64,000 nt of DNA from Eledone cirrhosa (Eukaryota): assembly GCA_964016885.1 (NCBI GenBank), contig OZ024742.1, positions 360,840,001-360,904,000 on the forward strand, written 5' to 3'. Under the pieces are notes generated by a model, which was not told where the DNA came from, did no database searches, and saw nothing but the letters and a program-made list of their open reading frames with translations. Made by a program: the position numbers and the translations under genes. Shown here one piece after another: positions 48,684-57,525 of the stretch (the first letter of the stretch is position 1; every line of letters begins with the position of its first letter).

Positions 48684-49080
48684 GTGAGTGAATCAGATGT
48701 CAGACCAGAAGAAAACAAATGACAAAAGAGAAAAAAAGAAAATTCCCACCAAAGAAAACTCGGAGGCTGGGAAAATCCGAGGGTTTCCCCACCCCAAATC
48801 TGTTTTCAGACATGTGAGCATATCAGAGGTCAGATTAGTTGAAGACATATGAGAAATCTTAGAGAAAAATGAAACATTTCTTAGAGAAGTTGATCGGCTG
48901 CTTTTCTCTAAATTTACCTCTAGTGTGGTATTGTCAGGTGAATGATAGGTAACAGATGGTAATGACTTGAATAGTTGTTATACCTGCCAACTAATAAGGT
49001 GTCAGGTATGGTGTATGTCATCTTCAACTAAACATATGGTAGTCTGTAACAGTGCTGATAAACACTGGTTATTGTTGTCT

Positions 49081-49375
49081 CATCATTGTTATTATCTTTA
49101 TTGTTATCATCTCATCATCATCATCTCAACACCACCATCATCATCATCATTATCATCATCTCACCACCATCATCATCAACACCACCACCATCATCAACAC
49201 TACCACCACCACCACCACCATCATCTCAACACCACCTTCATCGTTATCATCACCATTATCATCAACACCACCACCACCATCATCTTCATCTCAACACCAC
49301 CATCATCATCATCACCATCATCATCCTCATCATCATCCTCACCATCATCATAACCATCATTGTCATCATCATTGT
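49081..49375. repeat. (CAT)/(CAC) low-complexity tract
   Basis: Direct reading; adjoins an RTE tail on the minus strand, from whose (GAT)n end it may have grown. Confidence 0.9.
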
Positions 49376-49645
49376 CAATATTTTATGACTACTTTCACAT
49401 ACTTGCATGGGTTGGACAGGTCTTTTCCAATACAGCATCCCTCCATTTATTGTCTCCCTTTGTCAACTGTGAGCTTCAACAATTTAAGATCAGGTCTCCC
49501 CACCTTTTCCCAGGTCTTCCTCTGCTGCACCTACCTTCAACTGGGATTTCCTGGGACTTCCATACCCAATGATTGCCCTCTATATGCATCACAGGTCCAT
49601 ACCAGCACAGTCCTCTCTTGTGCACTACATCTGATTCCTCTTATT
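49376..49645 (-). pseudogene. Degenerate RTE 3' fragment (ORF end plus tail)
   Basis: CTTGCATGGGTTGGAC tail motif; CCCAGGTCTTCCTCTG...CACAGGTCCATACCAG reads on the minus strand as WYG...RKTW-like RTE C-terminus. Confidence 0.65.
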
Positions 49646-49885
49646 CTCTTGGGTCCCAAATAATAGGGGAGTGTTGGAATAAGTAAGGGTGGGGCTGAAA
49701 ATTGGTAATTTTTCTAGGTTGTCTCCCTTGATTTTTTTAAAAACCAGAATTAGTCGTTTAGTTTACATATTGAGACCCCAACCCATCCTATTTATTTTAT
49801 AACACATGGAATTTTTAGTAATGTACTTTTTTGTCTTGTAAAATGTTTTTTAAAGTATAAAGAAAACTGTTGCTGGAATGCTACC
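49646..49885 (+). mobile_element. Non-autonomous DNA transposon end, same family as 42838 and 52668-52916
   Basis: CTCTTGGGTCCCAAATAATAGGGG terminus; internal GTTTACATATTGAGAC.CCAACCCATCCTATTTATTTTATAAC is the reverse complement of 52751-52795. Confidence 0.7.
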
Positions 49886-50199
49886 TTTCAAGGTTGATAA
49901 AAAGGTACCAGTCTGATAATGGGGGGTCATTTTTTCCTCTATATCTTTTTCTCATTTCCTCTCTATCAGACTCTCTTTTTCTCGAAGAAATAATCTGTGT
50001 TCAGACCTGGAGAGGGATGGGCCCTGCCAGATTTTTAAAAAATGCCCAAGAAACACACGAGACTATGGCACCTCTGCAACTCTACTAGGAGTTATGGGTT
50101 AATGAGAGAAGGGAGATTACATACGTGACAGGTGCATAAGAGTAGTCAACAGTAAAGTTACTCAGGAAATACACTCCATACACTCCTTCACATGCCCAG

Positions 50200-50395
50200 A
50201 ATACTCACTAAAAATAATAGAAACCTTCTTCAATCTAGGTGACCTCATTAACAGTGAAGGTGGATCTAACGAAGTGTAGCTTGAGGGAGAAGAGGGTGAA
50301 AGAAGTTCAGGGAGATGTTACCTCAGTTGGTAACAAAGGCTTTCTCTCTCAGAATGAATGGTAAATTATATACCTGTATTCAAACCTCTATGTTA
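50200..50395 (+). pseudogene. Degenerate RTE ORF fragment
   Basis: CTAGGTGACCTCATTAACAGTGAAGGTGG...AAGAAGTTCAGGGAG...TTCTCTCTCAGAATGAATGG aligns to YLGDRISSGGG...KKFRELL...GFSLRMKG. Confidence 0.75.
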
Positions 50396-50461
50396 TGACC
50401 ACAGCAAATTAGTAAACCATACTGGTTAGCTAATTTGTTGTGGAACTAACTCTCTCTCTGT

Positions 50462-51498
50462 ATCATCATCATCGTTTAACGTCCATCTTCCATGCTAGCA
50501 TGGGTTAGACGGTTTTGTTCCATTTGATGCGGGAATGGTCGGGAGACCATGTCGCGCTCACACAGAAGTGTCTCTGACAGGTTTCTTTTACAACTGGATG
50601 CCCTTTCTAACACCAACCATCTTTACAGTGTGGACTGGGAGCCTTTTTAGCGTGTCTCCTACATGGCCACCTTACAGTGTGGACTGGGAGCCTTTTTAGC
50701 GTGTCTCCTACATGGCCACCTTACAGTGTGGACTGGGAGCCTTTTTAGCATGTCTCCTACATGGCCACCTTACAGTGTGGACTGGGAGCCTTTTTACCAT
50801 GTCTCCTAAACAAACACCTTACAGTGTGGACTGGGAGCCTTTTTAGCGTGTCTGTGCATGGCCACCTTACAGTGTGGACTGGGAGCCTTTTTAGCGTGTC
50901 TCCTACATGGCCACCTTACAGTGCGGACTGGGAGCCTTTTTAGCATGTCTCCTACATGGCCATCTTACAGTGTGGACTGGGAGCCTTTTTAGCATGTCTC
51001 CTACATGGCCACCTTACAGTGTGGACTGGGAGCCTTTTTAGCGTGTCTCCTACATGGCCACCTTACAGTGTAGACTGGGAGCCTTTTTAGCGTGTCTGCT
51101 GCATGGCCACTTTACAGTGTGGACTGGGAGCCTTTTTATCGTGTCTCCTACATGGCCACCTTACAGTGTGGACTGGGAGCCTTTTTACCATGTCTCCTAA
51201 ACAAACACCTTACAGTGTGGAGACTGTTCTGTCATCGACACAGGGGACAGAACAGTAAAGGGAGGATGGGGTAGGGTGTGGCAGGGGGGTGTACATTGAG
51301 TTAATAGGTGCCTACTGACTGTAGGTTTGTATGCAAGGGCAGTCAGGTCTTCTGTACAACTGCATGGCGCCAAAGGTCTCGCTCCAGTGTCATTGTCTTA
51401 GAGAGGTGTAAGTGAGCAAGGTCAGTTTTTATCACCTCGTCCCAGGTTTTTCTTGGTCTACTCACTCCATAGCTTCTATCAATTTTCATTGCCCTGCA
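50462..51498 (-). mobile_element. 5'-truncated RTE copy (ORF end plus 3' UTR) with an internal 49-bp tandem expansion
   Basis: Minus ORF 51343-51534 contains RPRKTWDEVIKTDLAHLHLSKTMTLERDLWRHAV; tail ends (GAT)n at 50462. Confidence 0.85.
50622..51220. repeat. 49-bp tandem repeat CTTACAGTGTGGACTGGGAGCCTTTTTAGCGTGTCTCCTACATGGCCAC, ~12 copies
   Basis: Direct reading (units start at 50671, 50720, ...). Confidence 0.95.
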
Positions 51499-51514
51499 TA
51501 TATATATATATAAT

Positions 51515-51742
51515 ACAAGGCACCCAGCCGACACTGCAAAGTAGTCATGTAGATGTCACAGCATAAAGCACCTGGTACTCAATGTAAATATGGTTGACAT
51601 TGGGAAGGGATCCAGCTGTAGAAACCTAGCCAAAATCAGTTCTATATGAGCAAGACATTGTCACCTGACCTGGCATTTCTCTCAACTGGACAAATTGTCT
51701 AACCCATGCTAGCGTGAAAAAATGGAAGTTAAAGAATGACGA
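51515..51742 (+). mobile_element. RTE 3'-tail copy
   Basis: GCACCCAGCC...ATCCAGCTGTAGAAA...TCTAACCCATGCTAGCGTG...ATGACGAT. Confidence 0.8.
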
Positions 51743-51842
51743 TATATATATATATCATATATATATCATATATATATATCATATATATATATCATATATA
51801 TATATCATATATATATCATATATATATATATCATATATATAT

Positions 51843-51911
<69 letters not shown>

Positions 51912-52300
51912 TGAAGGTTACATGATTTGCTGACAGCTGGGGAACTATGGCAGCTAAAATACCAGCCAATTATTTACATGTGTTGATTGGGCTGTATATA
52001 TGTCTGAAGGTGTTTATGTATGTATATGTTATATAGGTTATATTTTTGGGTTTCTATTTATACATATATATCTTTGTGTGTGTATACATAAAGAGAGATG
52101 TATATATATACACACACACACCCACACAAATGGATATATATATATACCATTTATATATATATATACCATTTATATATATATATATGAGTTATAAAAATAT
52201 TTACTTGTTGTATCCCAACAATTTTAAATAGAACTTTTGCATATATATATATATATATAAATCATCAGGAAGCTCATATATATATGAGAGAGAGAGAGAG
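51742..52300. repeat. Compound (TA)n/(TATC)/(TG)n/(GA)n microsatellites
   Basis: Direct reading. Confidence 0.9.
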
Positions 52301-52667
52301 CTTTGGAAGGAGATTTGTTGATTTTGTCCGCTCCCAAAATTGTATGAAATTCCTTCTGGACCTTCTTGTACAGCGACCCTTATAAGAGTGTTTCATACTG
52401 AAAACCTTGCACTGAAGCACCCACTAGGGGCCTTATCTTCTCAGATGTTGTATCTGTTATATCCTTAAATTTAAGGTTGATCAGTTAGAAACTGGATATA
52501 TAGTGACACAAAACATGCAGAAGCCCAGTTGCCTTTGATTGACCCTGTCTATATAGAGAGTTAGATGTATATATATGTAAGGTTTGATTCCTATAGTTGG
52601 ATGTCCTTTGTGACATGTATCTAACACATTTCTAAACATGATCTAACACATTTTTATTTTCAGTGAA

Positions 52668-52916
52668 AGCATTCATGCGACAATTCCTTTTCTTTATACA
52701 TTAAAAACCATTATACATGACAAAAAAGTATATTACTTGAAATGCCATACGTTATAAAATAAATAGGATGGGTTGGAGTCTCAATATGTAAACTAAACAA
52801 TTAATTCTGGTTTTTGAAAATATCAATGGAGACAACCTCAAAAAATTATTGATTTTCCCCAACCCTCACCCCCTGCTTATTTCACACCACCCCCTATTAT
52901 TTGGGACCCAAGAGTA
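52668..52916 (-). mobile_element. Non-autonomous DNA transposon end (...CCCCTATTATTTGGGACCCAAGAG-TA)
   Basis: Inverted copy of 49646-49885; terminus followed by TA, as in Tc1/mariner-pogo insertions. Confidence 0.7.
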
Positions 52917-53072
52917 CATAGTGTTGTTTTAGATGCAGTTTTGTGTGGTACAGGACAGTAAGAGTTAAGTTCCTCATTTTGTACCTGTTTCCTTTATTGA
53001 ATGTCTTGGAAGCAACTTTTATGATTATTCTATGTTTTGTATTTTATATATATTTCTTCCTTGTCATTTCAG

Positions 53073-53161
53073 CATCATATTGAAACCTATACTGTGGTGA
53101 AAGATTTCGATCTCAACTGGACATACCTGATGTATATATGTACAGATTTGTTTAATCACAG
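53073..53161 (+). CDS. Candidate internal exon (89 nt), unknown product; open frame HHIETYTVVKDFDLNWTYLMYICTDLFNH
   Basis: Strong acceptor TTTCTTCCTTGTCATTTCAG, consensus donor CAG|GTGAGT, one stop-free frame; no family recognised, may be non-coding. Confidence 0.45.
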
Positions 53162-53208
53162 GTGAGTCTACATTTCTATTTTACTTTATAAATATTTATA
53201 AATACACA

Positions 53209-53448
53209 TTAACCCTTTCATGACCACATTTCTAATGAAATACACTCTATTTTAATTAATTAAGGAAGAATTTTGAGGGATTTACTAAAATTATTAATTA
53301 TTTCATTACCAAGATAGTAACTTAATGTAAGGTTCTTATATCAAATTATGTCGGAAGATTTTAATTTAAATTGGAAACCTTTAAAAGGGGTGGTTTTACT
53401 TTATAGAACCAGAACTTGTTTTAGTCAGGTTGGTAACTAAAGATTTAA
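53209..53448. mobile_element. Degenerate piggyBac-like MITE
   Basis: TTAA-CCCTTTCATGACC ... GGTAACTAAAGAT-TTAA; its left ~70 bp recur at 54122-54195. Confidence 0.5.
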
Positions 53449-54944
53449 ATAAAATATTCTTTTAAAAATGTCAAATTTGATCAATAAATATATTTATACC
53501 CATTGTTTTTACATCTGTTTTTCCATTCAAACATGGAAAAACAGATGTAAAAACGGTGAGGATACCCAATCCATGTCAATCTTATCCAGTCTCTAGATAG
53601 TTACTCTTTCATAGACAGGGACAAATATCGTATGTTCTGGACTTTTTTTTTTCTTATCATTTATTTCATTTGCTGTTTATAAATTTGAAATATAACAAAG
53701 GTGCATGAAGTTAAAAAGTATGATACATTACTTACAAAGAAGTGATTAAAAATGAATGAAATGAAGGGGTCCATTATTGAGAATGTGTTAATCAGACTAG
53801 TGAGGCCATCAAGAAGGATTATAGTAACAAATTTATCTTTTTCGCGGCGGCCTGTAAAAGAAGCAATGTCATTTTTTATCTTATTTACAAATTTTGAAAT
53901 ATTTTTTCAATGTTAATAAAAATGGTAGGGTTTTACCCCAGACAGGTCTGTTACAGAAGATATTTCCATAAATTCTCTCAATTTTATGAATCCAACCATC
54001 CCCCGCCATTTTTTTTTTTTTGTTGTTAAATACATTTTTAGTCATAGTCCCAAAGATACACAACAGATTCTCAAAGACGAATTAACAGGGCCATTATATG
54101 ATTTATAGTAACTCACAAATCTTTAACATTTTTGTGACCATATTTCTAACAGAACAGTTCCCTATTTCAATTAATTAATGATGAATTTTCAGGGGAGATC
54201 AACAGGGTATCTGTATCTACTCATGACTGCATGGACACCTAAAACCCTTAGCAAAAGCATGGTACACACTATCAAGTCAGAATTGATTACAAGTTAGGGC
54301 TGTAGTAATTAGGCACACCTGCAAGTCTCTACCAATGAAGGAGACCTCTACATGGCATCTGTACCTGTAACTAACTCTAACTATTACACAGGTAGGTATG
54401 GTGTAGAGGTAGAGTACTCAACATTACAGTACAAACCTTCTGTCTCTGAATGACAGAAACTTACTGACTACGCCCATTACTACTAATTCAGCAATTATTA
54501 AAACAAAACACCTAATATAAGGTATGTGGAATGTCATACTACCCACTTCCTTTTATGTAGCAGCTCTATTGCAGTCATTCACAATGAATTCTATGAGCAA
54601 TATACCAGCAGACCATTATAGCAGCAGTAGCAGCAGCCTGCCATTATATTTACAACTGACTATCAAATTTACTTTCCGGTTTGCTCACCCAATAGAAATT
54701 TCTAGTTGAATGTCTTCCATTTTGAGTTTAGTTTGGCAGTGAGCCATCATCTTCCTTCAAGATTTTCTTCTCATTCTTTGGGATTGGGAATTTGACCAAA
54801 CCCATCTCACCATGTTGCCTGTAAGTATTAATCATCAGGAGCTTCAGTTTACCTTACAACAACAACAACAGCAGCAACAACAACACTTTAGTGTGTGCTG
54901 AAGTTAAATATGAGGAAACCAGAGATCAATATATTAGAATGACA

Positions 54945-55097
54945 CCATGCTTTGACGCATAGAGTTACGGTCCTTGCCATTCTGAGTTCAAATCCCGCCG
55001 ATGTTAACTTTGCCTTTCATCCTTACGGGGGTCGATAAAATAAAGTACCAGTAATACACTGGTATTTGCTGACCTTGTGCCAAAAGTAGAAACAATA
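54945..55097 (+). mobile_element. 5'-truncated SINE group A flanked by an 18-bp direct repeat
   Basis: GAGTTCAAATCCCGCC B-box, Deu/Nin-like core; CAATATATTAGAATGACA at 54927-54944 and 55093-55110. Confidence 0.85.
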
Positions 55098-55229
55098 TAT
55101 TAGAATGACAGGTTTTCATAGTTCTGATCACCCCAGCAGGAGTTCATAGGCTGACCAAGATACTCTCATGGAATGACCAAATGAGGTATATTTTTCAACA
55201 TAGTACCTGGAAAGAAACAATGCAGTTAT

Positions 55230-55437
55230 TGGCAGTAATCGGTAGAGCGTCGGACAATATGCTTCACAGCATAGAGTTACGGCCCTTTACGTTCCGAGTT
55301 CAAATCCTGCTGAGGTTAGTTTCGCCTTTCATCCTTACTGAGTAGATAAAATAAAGTATCAGTAATGCACTGGGGTCGATTTAAAACACTTTCCCCGCCC
55401 CCTAAAATTGTTGGTCTTGTGCCTAAATCAAACCAAT
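55230..55437 (+). mobile_element. SINE group A, longer variant
   Basis: TGGCAGTAATCGGTAGAGCGTCGGAC A-box-like head, GAGTTCAAATCC B-box, same core, TGTGCCTAAATCAAACC end. Confidence 0.85.
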
Positions 55438-55474
55438 ATATTGAAATGACATTGGTTTTTATAGTTATGATCAA

Positions 55475-55897
55475 CATCATCATCATCATCATCACCGTTT
55501 TATGTCCGTTCTTCCATGCTAGCATGGGTTAGACGGGTTGTCCTGTAGTAGGCAGTGTCCGGTCGGCTGGCCTTGTCTTGCTCATACAGGAACTGATTCT
55601 GGCTTGATTTCTACAGCTGGATGTCCTTCCTAGCACCAACCTCATTTACAGTGAGTGCTGGGTGCTTTTTTCCATGGCGCCTACACATCCACTTTACAGT
55701 GAGTGCTGGGTGCTTTTTTGCCGTGGCACCTACACAACCAGTTTACAGTGTGGGCTGGGTGCTTTTTTGCCGTGGCACCTACACAACCACTTTACAGTAG
55801 AATGATAGGGATCCCAGTCCTATCATCTCAGTTCTACAGCTGAGTAAACTGGAGCAATGTGAAATAAAGTGTCTTGTTCAAGGAAACAACACATCAC
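55475..55897 (-). mobile_element. 5'-truncated SINE group B (core plus RTE tail)
   Basis: 55475-55800 is the reverse complement of the LINE 3' UTR; 55801-55897 is the reverse complement of ~60631-60728. Confidence 0.9.
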
Positions 55898-56083
55898 AGT
55901 CGCTGAGATAAGTAAGAAGCGAATGTTTAGTAACTGGCTAGGTTAATAGGGTCTCTAGTAGTGAATGAACTTCTCTAATTGTAAAAGTGAGTGTGGCACC
56001 ACACTGCTGGAACTAAGCACCAACAGCAGAATTAATTGGGGAAGGAAGATTGTATAACTGAAATATAGAACCCTCCTAAGTAC

Positions 56084-56400
56084 ATGTGTGTGTGCCTGTG
56101 TATCTCTGTGTATTTGTATGTGTGTCTGTGAATGTGTCTGTGTATCTGTGTGTGTGCCTGTGTATTTGTGTGTGTGGCTGTGTATGTGTATTTGTGTGTG
56201 TGTGTGTCTATCTGTGTGTATGTGTGTTTGTATGTGTTTGTGTCTGTCTGTGTGTGTATGTGTAGCTGTATTTGTGTATGTGCATATATGTCTGTATTTG
56301 TGCATGTGTATCTGTGTGAGCATATGTATCTATATATATGTGTGTGTAAGCACGTGTATCTACATATGTATGTGTATGTGTGTGTGTGTGTGTCTGCGTA
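56084..56400. repeat. Degenerate (TG)n microsatellite
   Basis: Direct reading. Confidence 0.9.
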
Positions 56401-56672
56401 CATTTTAATTGATATATATCTCCTTAGAAGTGATATTGTGTCATCATTGATAGTTCACACCATAAAGAAAGTGTAGCAATGTCATTGCTACACTCATCCA
56501 GTTAACATCACCAAATCCTCTGCTAATTCAGCTGAGTAATAAAACTCTTATGCTTTATCAACACTGAATTGAAATATCTTGATAAATAAGCATTTTATTA
56601 TGTTCCTGCTTCAGACACTTAATTCTACACTCTGTTTAATTGAATAGGTACCAATGTTCCTGCATTATTGGC

Positions 56673-56868
56673 AGGGCGGTGGATTGGCAGTGTCGGTAGA
56701 GGGTCGTACGCCATGCTTTGCAGCATAGAGTTATGGCCCTTTATGGTCTGAGTTCAAATCCCGCTGAGGTTAGATTTGCTCTTCATCCTTACAGGGTTGA
56801 TAAAATAAAATACCAGTAATGCACTGGCATAATTGCTGCTCTTGTGCCAAAAGTAGAAACAATTATTA
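56673..56868 (+). mobile_element. Near full-length SINE group A
   Basis: GGGCGGTGGATTGGCAGTGTCGGTAGAG head, GAGTTCAAATCCCGC B-box, core, TGTGCCAAAAGTAGAAACAATTATT tail. Confidence 0.9.
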
Positions 56869-56959
56869 ACTGTGTTTCTATAACTTTTTTTGTTTCCGGG
56901 TGCCAGCTAAATTATTTATAAAACTATTTAGATATACCAAACTGAAGTGGAAACCAAAC

Positions 56960-57440
56960 AGTGGCAATATCGGTAGAGCGTCAGGCAACATGCTTTGCAC
57001 CAGAGAGTTATAGCCCTTTATGTTCTGAGTTCACATCCCACCGAGGTTAGCTTTGCCTTTCATGCTTACAGGGTCAATCAACTTTCCCCTCCCGCCAAAT
57101 TACTAGTCTTGTGCCTAAATCAGAAACCATTATTAACTGTTATCAACAACAACAAGCCAGATAAAATGCTTTGTGGTATTTAGTTACAACCCTTTATGTC
57201 CTAATTCAAATCCTGCTGTGATCAACTGGAGGTCGATATAATTGCCCCTTCCCCCTCCAAAAAAAAATTATTGGCCTTATTTCTAAATTCGAAACCAATA
57301 GTAACTACTGGCCAAAACAAAGAAAGAATGAGATGAAATATCTTGTTAATGTGATATGGTTACAGCCCTTAACATCCTGGGTTCAAATCTTGTTAGGATT
57401 ACCTTTGTGTTACATTCTTCTGGGGTCAGTAAAATAGATA
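56960..57440 (+). mobile_element. Three successive, increasingly degenerate SINE group A copies (~56960-57135, ~57160-57300, ~57350-57440)
   Basis: Repeated B-box-like GTTCA(C/A)ATC(C/T) and core fragments. Confidence 0.65.
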
Positions 57441-57525
57441 ATCAACCCCTCAGTTGATTTAATCAACTATACCCCAGCCACATGTGAAAACAGATTGTTG
57501 CTTTGTTCTATTACTGTGAAATAGT

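Noticed and set aside
48967-49663. His/Ser-rich ORFs
   Set aside because: (CAT)n tract plus antisense RTE fragment
54689-54818. Possible minus-strand exon (TTACAG...GG|GTGAGC)
   Set aside because: Stops in all three frames, weak pyrimidine tract and no partner exons; cannot be supported without RNA data
55955-56476. C/V/Y- and H/T-rich ORFs (also 51714-52231 and 63064-63769)
   Set aside because: Translations of di- and trinucleotide microsatellites
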